NCBI GenBank assembly: GCA_963701095.1
Contig: OY969564.1
Span: 736,001-800,000 of the forward strand
Length of the DNA stretch: 64,000 nt
Direction of reading: 5' to 3'
From: an uncultured Methanoregulaceae archaeon
GTDB taxonomy: Archaea; Halobacteriota; Methanomicrobia; Methanomicrobiales; Methanospirillaceae
The notes beneath the pieces were generated by a model. That model was not told the DNA's origin. It was given only the letters and a program-made list of their open reading frames with translations, and ran no database searches. The position numbers and the translations under genes were made by a program. Of the stretch, positions 33,429 through 45,600 are shown in pieces (within the stretch, counting starts at the first letter, position 1; every line of letters begins with the position of its first letter).

Positions 33429-33983
33429 ATGGCTGATAAAAAATACGAATCATTGAAGATCGAGAATATCGTTGCATCCGGTGTCATTGCCGATTCTATT
33501 GATCTTGTTGAGTTGTCGGAAAAGGTCAAGAACTGTGAACTCAACAAGAAACGGTTTCCCGGTGCGGTCTATCGTATAGCAGATCCTAAGATGGCGTCCC
33601 TGATCTTCTCATCGGGCAAAATAGTACTCACCGGAGGCCGCAGCATTAAGGCGGTTATGGATGGACTTGCTGTCATCACCACATCGTTACATCAGGCAGG
33701 TATTGAAACACTCAAAGAGCCCAAAGTTGCTATCACCAACATGGTCTGTTCATATGACCTCGGTAAATACATCAATCTTAACAAGGTAGTAGTCACCCTC
33801 AATGTCGAAAATATCGAGTACGAACCCGAACAGTTCCCCGGGCTTGTATACCGGATCAAGGATCCCAAGATCGTCGTTCTGATCTTCTCTTCAGGAAAGC
33901 TTATTCTCACGGGTGGCAAAAACCTTGAAGACATTAAGAAGGGGCTTGAAACTCTCGAAAAGAAGCTCGAAAGCATCTTCTAA
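33429..33983 (+). CDS. tbp: TATA-box binding protein
   Basis: Two TBP repeats: IENIVAS, FPGAVYR, IFSSGK, YEPEQFPGLVYR. Confidence 0.97.
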   Translation: MADKKYESLKIENIVASGVIADSIDLVELSEKVKNCELNKKRFPGAVYRIADPKMASLIFSSGKIVLTGGRSIKAVMDGLAVITTSLHQAGIETLKEPKVAITNMVCSYDLGKYINLNKVVVTLNVENIEYEPEQFPGLVYRIKDPKIVVLIFSSGKLILTGGKNLEDIKKGLETLEKKLESIF

Positions 33984-34417
33984 AGTAGAGGAATTATTAT
34001 TATTTTTAGTTTTGTTGATATGACAGAGAGTTCGCGATATTGGTTTGGTAGCGAATAGTGTATTCCAGGAAATGAGCTCCCCCGTTTCCCCTATCGTGGT
34101 ATATGTGATTTCATGACTGGGGAACTCAGCAAAATTTCTCTGTATTGCATTCCGTTTCAGATTTGATATTTGTATAAGGATTATTAAGCCAATCCGGCAA
34201 ATTGAAAATATTTTTATACCCCTTTATTTCCACTGGAACTTCCGCCTGTGAAGGCCTCTACCAGAATAGGTTAAGCAATCTCCGGGACCAGGAATACGAC
34301 CACCGTTTTATCCAGGGTCACGATGTCCAAGGGGATATCTTCAAATTTTTGGCGGCCGATCACTTTCACTCCCCTTATGGCCAGTCCTTTATCTCCTTGT
34401 GTGAGTGATCCGGTGTT

Positions 34418-34894
34418 ATGGAGAAAATCCCCGTCCGCAAATACCAGGTGGTCGAGGAAGCAGAAATCAACCTCGTCCTCCAGTGCAAAGACAGCCGTGA
34501 CTTTTATGAACGATACCTCAACGTGTTCCCGGATACCAAAAAAGGTCTCGATAGTATCTCAAAGATCTGGAAACGTAAAAGCGAATTTGCAAAAAAACGG
34601 CCTTTATCCATTCCTGCAAAAGAAGCCGGTGCAAAATCCACGCATGAAATAACTGCATTGATCGCCGAACAGACAAAGATCCTGAGCGAGATCTCCATTA
34701 TTACCAGAGAACAACTCGACGTAAGTCAGCATATCCTTGCAGAACTTACCCGGCAGAACCGAATCTTAACCGGACCTACCGAACACACTGCAGGGGTACC
34801 GGCAAAAGAATCTTCGCATCATGCCCCCGGGGTACTCCATCCCATGCAGGAATTAACGTCCAAGGTACAGACCCCGATCCTGGTAGGATCGTAA
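34418..34894 (+). CDS. Hypothetical protein
   Basis: 158-aa ORF with coiled-coil-like middle. Confidence 0.55.
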   Translation: MEKIPVRKYQVVEEAEINLVLQCKDSRDFYERYLNVFPDTKKGLDSISKIWKRKSEFAKKRPLSIPAKEAGAKSTHEITALIAEQTKILSEISIITREQLDVSQHILAELTRQNRILTGPTEHTAGVPAKESSHHAPGVLHPMQELTSKVQTPILVGS

Positions 34895-35225
34895 GTGCTG
34901 GTGTATCAGTGGTTAGAGACTAATTATTTTTCTGTCCGAAAATTCGCAGATACGATTGCGGACGTTGGGATCCTCTTATTTTTTAACTACCGGTACAACA
35001 ATTTTGTCATTCCCGAGAGGGCAATACGAAACCCTGGACAATTCTCTCTGCATCATCAGACACTTTGCAAAGGCCCCTCCCGTGGCAGGAGCGTATTGAT
35101 CGCAATGGCTTTCTTCGCAGAACTCCTCAAGCATATACCCCAATGAAACGAGTGAGACGTTAAATCTAATGCTGATGCTTCATTTTCGTTAGGTCGCGAC
35201 AACGCACATGCACCAACAGGAGTTG

Positions 35226-35444
35226 TCACCGGAGTTTACGGTCGCCACTCTGTTTCTGTAGAGTCATAAACTGCTCATTCCGTGGACATTCGTGCGGATT
35301 CACTCCATCCGTTGCAGGCCATTTCCCTTCTCTCGGGTTGAACCGGGCCGGGCATGACCATTCGCTTTCCTTCGACGTGGCAGGTTTTGGAACCGTCCTG
35401 ATTTTGATGTATTCACAACCTGTACAAAAATGGTATGTGCTCAT
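35226..35444 (-). CDS. Small Cys-rich hypothetical protein
   Basis: CTGC..CP..CP, AAGGAG RBS upstream. Confidence 0.55.
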   Translation of the reverse strand: MSTYHFCTGCEYIKIRTVPKPATSKESEWSCPARFNPREGKWPATDGVNPHECPRNEQFMTLQKQSGDRKLR

Positions 35445-35787
35445 ATGATCTCCTTACGTGCTGTATTCATCAGACTTGACGTGGTCTCTTTTCCGGGTGA
35501 TGATATATGCCTTCTCTATTATGCCGTAGACAGAACTATCCCCGTAATAAATTTCTTTTTGAGTAATTGTTGCATATTTCATCCCTCGTGATTCTCGCAG
35601 GAAGAACAGATTCTAAAAAAATGAAAAACAGATCCTGCGTACAACAAGCAGGTATCTATGTATACGCATCATGTATTCACCCGGTTTGGTATGAAATAAC
35701 ACACAACGGGTTATCAGGACGATTTAGCCGAAAATCTCATGAAAATCATCATATCAGCTTTTGAGTAATGAAAGGAGTTGAACAATT

Positions 35788-36012
35788 ATGCAGAACACAA
35801 AGACACACGATACAAAAACGCAGGAAACCGCCTCCGGTAAATCCGGATCCGGCATGAGTGCGCACCCGTCTACGGTGGCGCCGAAAGTGATTTCCCCTCA
35901 TTCAAAAGGCGTGAAAGCGTTAATACATGAGTCGCACAAGATCGAGTACCGAAGGGACCATCCAAAAGCAGTGGTCGGTATGAAAATCCCGTCCGCGTCT
36001 GTCCAGAAATAA
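35788..36012 (+). CDS. Small hypothetical protein
   Basis: AAGGAG RBS upstream, T-run downstream. Confidence 0.5.
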   Translation: MQNTKTHDTKTQETASGKSGSGMSAHPSTVAPKVISPHSKGVKALIHESHKIEYRRDHPKAVVGMKIPSASVQK

Positions 36013-36160
36013 TAGTCCTCAACTCACCATACAATCAACCTATACTTTTTTGTCCGCGATCGCAGAAACAGCCCGGTGTTGGGTCAAAGAGCCGTAATCT
36101 CCCGCATATGTTATCGATACAGATTAGGGAATACCAGCCGCATATGATAGTGAGCCAGGA

Positions 36161-36445
36161 TTATTTTTTTACGATATGGAGCTCCCAGACACCACGACCG
36201 AGTTTTTTGGTTTCCACGGTCATCCCGGTATCTTTTGCATAATCAGGGATATTTTTCGTAGCTGCCGGCGGGTGATCACACGTAATTACAAGTTCGTCCC
36301 CGGGTTTCATCGTCTTTGTTTCTTCTTTGACATCGAGCAAGCAATACGGGCAGACTTTTCCCCGTATATCAAGATTTTTTATAGTCATGGCAATACCAGC
36401 CTCATTTTCGTCAGTGAGCATACATTCTGATCGAAGATAAATCAA
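36161..36445 (-). CDS. TusA/SirA family sulfur carrier
   Basis: LDIRGKVCPY, CDHP; true start probably downstream (MTIKN). Confidence 0.85.
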   Translation of the reverse strand: MIYLRSECMLTDENEAGIAMTIKNLDIRGKVCPYCLLDVKEETKTMKPGDELVITCDHPPAATKNIPDYAKDTGMTVETKKLGRGVWELHIVKK

Positions 36446-36554
36446 CGTAAGGATACCATTTTCTGATCTTGAGGGTGATTATTACGATTTGGCATGAATC
36501 TTTTATAGCATACTTAAATAAAAAAACAACCCAGAATAACACGAGGAAGATAAA

Positions 36555-36929
36555 ATTAGAACTGAAACGGTAACCTATTTTACGGAAAAGGAAGAGGAAT
36601 TTTCAAATCTTCTCGTCGAGATCGGTACCAAAAAGCACATAGCAAAGGTGCTGGTATTTTTAACAAATATCCCCGAAGCAACTTCCCGTGATATCGAGCG
36701 CGGAACTGACCTTCGCCAGCCTGAGGTAAGTTTAGCGATGCAATATCTTATGGATCGGAACTGGATCGTATCCCACGAGATCAAACATGAAAGCAAGGGA
36801 CGCCCGGTTAAAATTTACGAGCTCGCAACACCTATCTCAGATATCATGGATTCCCTGGAAAAGGAGATGGAGAAAAAAGCCAACGATCAACTCAAACTTA
36901 TCAAGAAATTACGAAATTTTATCAAATGA
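36555..36929 (+). CDS. Winged-helix transcriptional regulator (methanogen TrmB/ArsR-like)
   Basis: IERGTDLRQPEVSLAM, KGRPVKIYEL; frame extends upstream to ATT at 36555. Confidence 0.75.
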   Translation: MRTETVTYFTEKEEEFSNLLVEIGTKKHIAKVLVFLTNIPEATSRDIERGTDLRQPEVSLAMQYLMDRNWIVSHEIKHESKGRPVKIYELATPISDIMDSLEKEMEKKANDQLKLIKKLRNFIK

Positions 36930-37221
36930 TCCAAAATTAAAAACACTATTTGTTCTATTTTTCTGGCTAACCAAGTTCTGTCTAGTCTTCGGCGGGTTGC
37001 ATTAAGACTTCGTCGAAGAAAATATGTCGCCACCCGCAGGCTTTACAGAGCCTTTTATCGTAATTTCATCAAATTCATTTTTTATTCTTCTCGAGAACAA
37101 CTTTTCATTGAACAAGTCAGCACCTAAGCCTGTGCTGTTGATGTATAAGACGTTTCAATTTTTGATTCTCAGGTAACACTATATCAAGTCCTTTCTTCAG
37201 ATGCAATGCCAGTGATACAAT

Positions 37222-37656
37222 ATGAACACCATCAAAAGCACAGGAAATCGTATAAAATCCAAGACCCCGGTGCCGGAAAACCTCATCAAGATCCCGGTAA
37301 AATCCTTAGACCATTCCTTCCCGGAATTTATTGACCAGGAAAGCCTCGATACGCTGAGCCGGTTTGGCGAAAAGTTCAGATTGGCAGGGATCGACGGCAA
37401 CCCGTTGGAAATTCAGGAATTAACGGTCTTTAATGCGTTTCTGGCGGACCATGTACAAACGAATAAAATCAGCTCAGTCCAGTGCATGCTGCTGTGGAGT
37501 GAATGGGTGCGGACTTTCCAGCGCCAGACTGCGGGATTTCCGAACCTGATCCAAGAAAAAGAGTTCCGCACTATTATAACGGATAAGTTTGGCGTAGCGA
37601 TTGCCAACAATGAGATCAGGGGAGAGATCTATAACGGTATAAAGTTTGTTCCGTAA
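37222..37656 (+). CDS. Hypothetical protein, winged-helix-like C-terminus
   Basis: LLWSEWV..KEFR..IYNGIKF. Confidence 0.55.
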   Translation: MNTIKSTGNRIKSKTPVPENLIKIPVKSLDHSFPEFIDQESLDTLSRFGEKFRLAGIDGNPLEIQELTVFNAFLADHVQTNKISSVQCMLLWSEWVRTFQRQTAGFPNLIQEKEFRTIITDKFGVAIANNEIRGEIYNGIKFVP

Positions 37657-37692
37657 CCAGGGATGCAGGAAACGTACGAATCCTTTTTGTGA

Positions 37693-38847
37693 ATGGAGGG
37701 GCCCTCGTTGGAGTCATTTAAGATAGCCATTTTTTGCTGGGAGTCCCTTTATGCCGAACGTGTGGGGGGCCTTGCCAGGGCCGCAACGCACATTGCTGAA
37801 ACCCTTGCACAGCGCCACGAAGTTCATTTCTTTACCCGTGGGTGGATGCCAGACCAGACGATCAATGACGTCCACTATCATTATTGCAAGCCCCAAGGCA
37901 ACAACATTGTTGAATATTGTAACAGTATGAGTCTTGCAATGGTGGACAATTTTCACCAGTTTGATCAAAACCAGAAATTTGATTGTCTCCATTTTCACGA
38001 CTGGCACGCTGTACAGGCACTTCACATCCTGCAGGACCGGAACACCATTCTTACGTATCATTCTACGGAATACGGGAGGAATGGTAACCAGTCTGGAGAC
38101 TGGTGGGAATACCGGGAGATTTCCGGCAAAGAGTGGTACGGGGGGTTGATTGCAAAACGGGTAACGGCCGTTTCTGCCGCACTTAAAAATGAGGTCATGC
38201 AGCTCTATAATGTGCCCGACGGGAAATGCGATGTGATACCAAACGGTGTCGTGCCACACCAGTTCCGTGCAGAGATTGACGCTGGTGAAGTCAAGAGAGG
38301 ATATGGGATCCACCCGTATACCCCTCTGATCCTCTTCGTCGGCAGGCTGGTTTACCAGAAAGGACCCGATCTGCTCATCGCGGCAATGAAAAACGTGTGC
38401 CAGAATTACCGGGATGCAAAATTAATCGTTGCCGGTGAAGGGAACATGCGTGCGTTTCTGGAAGAACAAACCAGGAATCTACCGGTACATTTTGTCGGGT
38501 ATATTCCCGATTCTGAGTATATTCGTCTCCTGAACGCGTGTGATCTTGTGGTTATTCCCAGCAGGAACGAGCCGTTTGGTCTTGTCCTCCTCGAAGCCTG
38601 GAGTGCCGAGAAAGGGGTAGTTGCATCTAATGTTGGCGGACTTGCTGAGAATATCGACGCATTCGTTGACGGCGTGAAGGTAGAACCTTCACCAGATGCA
38701 CTGGCATGGGGGATGAACACCGTAATCGATGATCCCTCACGGGCTATGACTCTTGGAAAATGGGGCAGGAAAAAAGTTGATCGTAGGTTCCTGTGGGGCC
38801 CGATAGGCGAAAAAATTACAGAAATGTATTCCCATGTGGTTGCGTGA
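37693..38847 (+). CDS. GT4 glycosyltransferase
   Basis: HFHDWH, FVGRLVYQKG, PSRNEPFGLVLLEAW. Confidence 0.92.
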   Translation: MEGPSLESFKIAIFCWESLYAERVGGLARAATHIAETLAQRHEVHFFTRGWMPDQTINDVHYHYCKPQGNNIVEYCNSMSLAMVDNFHQFDQNQKFDCLHFHDWHAVQALHILQDRNTILTYHSTEYGRNGNQSGDWWEYREISGKEWYGGLIAKRVTAVSAALKNEVMQLYNVPDGKCDVIPNGVVPHQFRAEIDAGEVKRGYGIHPYTPLILFVGRLVYQKGPDLLIAAMKNVCQNYRDAKLIVAGEGNMRAFLEEQTRNLPVHFVGYIPDSEYIRLLNACDLVVIPSRNEPFGLVLLEAWSAEKGVVASNVGGLAENIDAFVDGVKVEPSPDALAWGMNTVIDDPSRAMTLGKWGRKKVDRRFLWGPIGEKITEMYSHVVA

Positions 38848-38949
38848 AAATGGTGGGGCTGCTGCATCTCTAGTTGGTGAGAGACTTTTCTCTTTGAGCG
38901 GATTTATCTATCATCCGTTAACGCTCCAGAAGCAAGCCGACCATCGCGA

Positions 38950-39135
38950 ATGACTGTTAACAATATCTCCGCTACCCCTCAGACACCAACGTCAGATCCG
39001 TCTCCCACGATATCCTCTCAACCCTCTCAGGCACCTAAACCGGATCCGGTACAGGAATTTCCAAATCTTTTTGTTCCGTTCATCGCACTCCTGTTCATAA
39101 TTATTATTGTCGTTCATGTAAAAAGGAAAGGATGA
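38950..39135 (+). pseudogene. Orphan Pro/Ser linker + PEF-CTERM-like tail
   Basis: VQEFP-TM-KRK without signal peptide or ectodomain. Confidence 0.45.
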
Positions 39136-39259
39136 GCTAAATTCCCTTTTCTCCGCTATATATTCCTTTAACCATGAGAGTAAAAGGCAAATCAAAGGAC
39201 GACCGGTTAAAATTTACGAACGTGCAAAAACCCATTTTCGATATCATAGTTATAAATAA

Positions 39260-39631
39260 TTACCGGGACAAGGCATGCTCAACTTTGTCAAGTAATTCCG
39301 TATTAAGGAAGGGTTTGATAAGAATTTCGTCAGGATAAATTTGCGCCATTCGCACTACCATATTCGCAGACAGATAGCCAGTGATGAAAATCAGGGAAAT
39401 CGAATAACGTTTCCGGATTTCCCGGGCGGTTTCGATACCGTCTAGAGATCCGGCAAGACCGATATCAATAATGATAAGATCGGGTTTTGGGGAGTTTTCA
39501 AGAGCCCGGAGTGCCATCTCTCCGGATTCAACAGGGTCAACAACCCGGTATCCTGCCTTTTCCAAAGATTCAATGATATTGAGGGCAATAAGACCATCAT
39601 CTTCCACTACCAGAATTGTTTCCCCGGTCAT
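39260..39631 (-). CDS. Single-domain response regulator
   Basis: VVEDD, IIIDI, KP; overlaps kinase stop. Confidence 0.9.
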   Translation of the reverse strand: MTGETILVVEDDGLIALNIIESLEKAGYRVVDPVESGEMALRALENSPKPDLIIIDIGLAGSLDGIETAREIRKRYSISLIFITGYLSANMVVRMAQIYPDEILIKPFLNTELLDKVEHALSR

Positions 39632-42577
39632 GCGATAGTATTAGTGTCATTCAGCCGGAAGATAAACTCAGTACCTTTCTCCGTCCGGACTTCGGTTTCC
39701 GCCCGGAGCTGGTGGCGGGAAAGGAAGTTTACCAGTTTAAGGCCGAGGGATTTTGATTTAAGGGGATCAAATCCTTCATGGAATCCGCAGCCATTATCGG
39801 ACACTCTCAACACATCCTTTCTCTCTTCCTTGGCAAGCGAGACCCTAATTGTACACGGTTCTCCACGGAGAGCCATACAGTCAAACTCCGGCGGGAATGC
39901 ATACTTGAACGAATTGGTCACCAGTTCGTTAATGATCAGTCCAGCGGTGGTGGCCCGGTCGATACTCAGGGTTCCATCAACGTCGACAAATATTTTAATA
40001 TCAGAACGGACTCCGTACGATTGGGCAATCTGGTCGACGAGATTTTTCAGATAGATGCTCATATCCACATTTGAAAATTTCCCGGTCCGGTACAGGGTCT
40101 CGTGGATCAGGGCCATGCTTCGTGCCCGGTTCTGGAGATCTTTACGAAGTGTCCTGCCGCTTTCTGTATCCTCATACGAACCATCAAGACTCAGAAGCGA
40201 GATGAACGCGGTCAGGTTGTTCTTGACCCGGTGGTGAATCTCGGAGAGAAGGACCTCTTTCTCTGAAAGTGCTTCCCGGAGTGCCTCATCTGCCTTTTTG
40301 CGTTCGGTGATATCGATTCCCGTGCCAAGAACATATTCGACTGACCCGTCGGCCTTGGTCATTGCGCTGTTTGACCACTGTATGAACCTTCGGGTACCGT
40401 CTTTAGCGAGCCAGAAATTTTCATGCTCGTTCGGGAACATACCACTCGTCAATTGTGCAAATGTATCCTTAACACCCTGCATTTCTTCCGGCAGGATGAA
40501 TAAGTCCCAGAATTGCTTACCTTTCACTTCCTCAAATGAATAGCCAGTAATGGTTTCACAGGAACGATTGAAACGCACGATTCGTCCTTCCCGGTCAAGA
40601 ACGATAATCAGGCCACCAACGGTTGACAGTATACTTGTAGAGAAATCACGTTCAGTCCGCGATGCCTGCTCTGCTACCTTGCGTTCTGTAATGTCTTGGA
40701 CCATGCCGACAGAACGAATAATTTTGCCGTTATCATCCCTAACATGTTCGCATTTCTCATGGACGTACCGAATTTCACCAGAATCTTTCCGTGTAACCCG
40801 GTGCTCGATCTCGTATGAGTCCCTTCCTTCCCGTAAGGAGCCGGAATATGCAGCATCCACCGCCAACCTGTCTTCGGGATGAACCGCTTCAAGGAATGCT
40901 TCGTAGGTGGCACCGAATTCTTGAGGATGGAGCCCGAAAATACGGTAAACCTCATCAGACCATGAGAGCTGGCCGTTTACCAGATCGAGTTCCCAGCTTC
41001 CAAGATGCGCAATTTCCTGCGATCGGGCCAATCTCTCCTCACTCAGTCGAAGTGTTGCCTCAGTTTGGGAGAGTTCTTCTAAATTGTTGCGAAGATTTTG
41101 TTGAATTGCGGCAAGTTCCCTGTTGAGAGCATTGAGACTTTCGTTTTTCTGTTTGAGTACCTCTTCTGCTAGTTTCCGCCCGGAGATATCCCGGTGAATC
41201 CAAAGACGTCCGAAGGCTTTCCCGCCAAGGTATAGAGGAGCAAAATCCCGAAGTAAAACCTTTCCACTTTGAATTTTAACATCTTCGCCAAACACAGGTT
41301 TTCCCAAACGGACAATCTCCCATGTTCGAGCGATAAAATTGTCAGGATCTATGTACGAATGCCGTACTTTTTCCGTCAACTCTTTTGAGGACAGCCCAGT
41401 CAGATCAGCGGGTGAATCGTTCAGAGCTAAACAGGTCACAGAATGTTTGATTTACGAATTCCACCCGGTTCTCATTCGTAACCAGCAGAACTCCAGACTG
41501 CATATTGGAAAGGATCTGGTAAAATCGCTGGAGGGTATTTCGCATTTTCTCTTCGCCCTGTTTGCGTTCGGTAATGTCCTCGAATATTGTGGCAAATTTT
41601 CCCTGGTCCTGGGAATACGCCAATATGTGAAAATGTTTTTTCATTGGCGCAAAAAACGATTCAAACTCTTCGGATTGACCGGTTTCTGTAACCTGGCTGT
41701 ATATGTCGAAGTAAGGTGGTGTTTTAACACCGTATGCCTCCTTGCTGATTTTTCCTACAACATCTTCCCGTTTCAGTCCGAGAATCCGCTCAAACGCGGG
41801 ATTGACATCAAGGATACGGTAATCGACAGGATCGCCGGAAGTACTATAAACAATCTCATGGATTGCACTTCCTTCAGGACTCTTATTAAAGAGAATTTCA
41901 AAGTGATTTTTTGTGTCCGTTACTTCAGCATTGAGCCGCTGGTTGACCATAAAGATCAGACCGAAGGTAAGAAGGATTCCTGTAACAAAATACATCACAA
42001 ATGCCAAGGTTTGGATAAGTGTTGGCGTAAAAAGGCTGTCAATGGGTGCAAACGTAAGAACGGAGAAGGTACGAAATACAAAAAAGCATGCTTCAATAAA
42101 CAGGATCCCGGCGATGAAATGCGATGAAGCAGTTATTGACTCATGAGTTTTCCCTACCAAGACCTGAACCATTAACAACAAATAAAAAATAAAGGCAACC
42201 GACACAATTACTGTTCGGGTATTGATATCGTCAATCACATAGGTAAAATAAAAGTACAGCGCGATAAAAACAGCAAAAGCCGAGAAAACAAGACCTTTGT
42301 TCTCTTTTTTCTCTAAAAAATGCATTATCCCGATGTAGATAAAGAGGGAACCGGCTACAGTCAGAATATTTGGCAAAATTATTGCGATCAACGCGTTCTG
42401 GGTTACGTCCCTCACAAGAAATAATATAAATCCGCTCGCCGTCGTGGCACTGCCAAGAGCCCACCAGAGGATCCCGGGGTATTTTTTATTTTTGATATAA
42501 AGGAAAGCAATGATAATCATCTGAAGGACATTCGCGACGGCAACAATAACAGATAGTGTGCGAATGTCAAGAGCCAT
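39628..42577 (-). pseudogene. Membrane multi-PAS HisKA_2 histidine kinase, frameshift near 41420
   Basis: Multi-TM + PAS (41405-42577) continues into PAS + EIHHRVKNNL + HATPase (39628-41439). Confidence 0.8.
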
Positions 42578-42694
42578 TTAATTCGATCCAAATACCCATT
42601 ATTGCATCCGATAAAATAATGTTTTGCAATTTACCGGATTCTCTCCTTTGACCCCTTGGGAAACCGGAATCTGAATTTTGTATCTTTTCCATGG

Positions 42695-45600
42695 TCATGC
42701 ATGATGCTCGATATTTTTCAGCCGGAAGATAAACTCAGTTCCTTTATCCCGCTGAATTGAAATGTCGGCCATAAGCTGGTGGCGGGAAAGGAAGTTCACC
42801 AGTTTGAGACCAAGCGATTTTGACGAAAGAGGATCGAATCCTTCCCGGAATCCGCAGCCATTATCGGACACCCTCAGCACATCCTTTCCCTCTTCCCTGG
42901 CAAGCGAGACCCGAATCATACACGGTACTCCGCGTACCGCCATGCAGTCAAACTCAGGCGGGAATGCGTACTTGAACGAATTGGTCACCAGCTCATTAAT
43001 GATCAGGCCGGCTGTTGTTGCCCGGTCGATACTCAGTGTCACATCACGAACGTCAACAACGACATGGACGTCTTCACGACTCCCATAAGATTGAGCAATC
43101 TGGTCGACGAGGTTTTTCAGGTAGATCCCCATATCCACATTTGAAAATTTCCCGGTACGGTACAGGGTTTCGTGGATCAGGGCCATACTCCGGGCCCGGT
43201 TCTGAAGATCCTTACGAAGTGCCCTGCCGCTTTCTGAGTCCTCGTAAGAGCCTTCGAGACTAAGCAAAGAGATGAAAGCGGTCAGGTTGTTTTTTACCCG
43301 GTGGTGAATCTCGGAGAGAAGAACTTCTTTTTCGGTGAGGGCTTCCTTGAGATCAGCCTCGCTTTTGACTAGCTCCTGCTCACGGAGGCGGAGTTCTTCA
43401 ACGCTTTGCTGAAGTTCTTCGTGGGTCGACGAGATTTCTTCATAGGCTACCCTAAGATCATCATTTTTCTGTTTCAGCTCCTCTTCCGACTTCTTTCGTT
43501 CGGTAATGTCATTGAAACAAATCCCAACCTTTCGGCTTTCCTGTCCGCCAATCTTGAAGGCACGGACTTCGTACCACCGGTTCAATGCTCGGGCTTCATT
43601 CTCGAAATGTTCCGGTTCGCCAGTTACCGCAATTTTTCCATAAATTTCAAACCAGTGTTCTTCGTGGTCCGGAGCAAGACTGCGCATCAGTTTGCCTTGT
43701 GCATTATGCAGACCAGTCTGCCTTTCAAACGCCTCATTGATTTCAAGGAATCGATAATCAACAGGTTTTCCGGCCGAATCGATAACCACTTCGATAACGC
43801 AGAAACCTTCAATCAGCGTGTTGAACCGGGTCCGGTACTTCTCCTCATTCTCGCGGAGCGCTTCTTCGGCATTCTTCCGTTGGGTGATATCCCGGATAGA
43901 GCCATTCCGGTAAAGCGGTCGACCGGAAACATCCCTGTTCAGGGACATATGATTAGAAAACCAGCGATAAGTACCATTCTTCATCAGCCATCGGTATTCC
44001 ACTTCTGCTTCACCGGTACTTTCCAGGCTGTCCAGTGCTGATTGCATGGCAGAAATATCATCGGGATGGATTATTGACCTCGCAATCCCGGCGTCCATTG
44101 CCAGGAACTCATCGGCTGAAAAACCTGTAAGAGTCTCGGCAGACGGGCTGATATATTCGTACCTGCCGGTTTGCAGATTCTCGCGATAAATGAGATCCTT
44201 GGAACTGTCCAGGACTGATCGGAACCTTTCTTCACTATACTTTAATGCCTCCTCTGACCTCTTGCGTCTGGTGATATCCAGAACAAACGCAACACCGTTG
44301 AACCGGGCCGCATCCAGCATGGCGCCCGCAATAATAATGGGAACCCGTGAACCATCCTTGCGGATATATTCCTTTTCGAATGGTATTTTATTGACACCGA
44401 CGGATTTTAATTCCAGCATGGAATTCTCATCAAGGTGCTGGTATTCCGGGGGAGTCATATGGATCCAATCCACCCGTCCAGCCACAAGATCCTCACGCGA
44501 GTAGCCAACAAGGTCAAGGAATTTATCGTTGGCATCCGTGATTATCCCGTTCATGTTCCAGTAGATAACACCAATCAAGCCGGAATCGTAGAAACGACGG
44601 AGCTTAGCTTCGTTAATACTCAGTATTTTCTCGGCCTGCGTGAGTTCTTCGATGTTCTGGCGCAACTCTTCCTGTGCTGCGGAAAGCTCTTCATTAAGTG
44701 CATTGAGGTTTTCGTTTTTCTGCCTCAAGTGAAGGTCACTTGCTAGAAGTACATCATTGGTCTGACGCAGTTCTTCCTGGGTTGCAGTAAGTTCTTCGTT
44801 AAGTGCATTGAGGTTTTCGTTTTTTTGCATCAGGTGACGTTCACTGGCGAGAAGTTCATCATTAGTCTGGCGTAGTTCTTCCTGGGTTGCAGTAAGTTCT
44901 TCATTGAGCGCATTGAGGTTTTCGTTTTTCTGAACGAGTTCCTGCTCGGCGTGATCAAGCCTCCATCCTATTCGCTCAGAGATTCTCGCTACAACATACG
45001 CGATCAGCAGCGTAAAAACCACAAGCGAAATCGAGAGAAGAACCGCATCATGGACGTTTAACGCCGAAGCAAGCCAGACGAGCACGACATTTTCAATAAG
45101 AATAATGATGATAACGAGCGGGACGAATACCCGGAGAAGGCGGGCTCTGGTGGTATTACCGATCATGTACTTGACCGGGGCTGCATCAGGGCCAGCAGCA
45201 GTGAAAAGGGCAGCCCCGGTAAAAAACGCGGCAAGCGCTGACAGAAATGCAATCGGAATGAGTTGTGTTCCGTACAACAATGGATTACCGAAGATATAAC
45301 TCTGGATAAAGGTGAAGCTGACAACGCATTCCACAAGACCGATGATGCTGATTATATCGTGAACCTGCACGGATTTTGTTTGCGTGCCAGAAACCCATAT
45401 GAGATATATCAGTGCAATTGCCGTGAGAACTATGAGACCGGAAGCTACAGGGGAGATCGGTGTTGATGACGGTCCCATTATTATCGTCCCTAACCCGACA
45501 AGGAGAGTTTCGACGAAAAAATGACTCCCCTGGATATTGAGGACAAACTCGATGGATTCGACGACTGCGATGAGAAACAGCACGGTTTGAATAATCAACC

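Noticed and set aside
37038..37052. Second IS5-like end (TTTACAGAGCC)
   Set aside because: Short match only, with no transposase remnant recognised nearby
42634..42667. Fourth copy of the CCGGATCC element
   Set aside because: Arms imperfect, spacing different and flanks do not match
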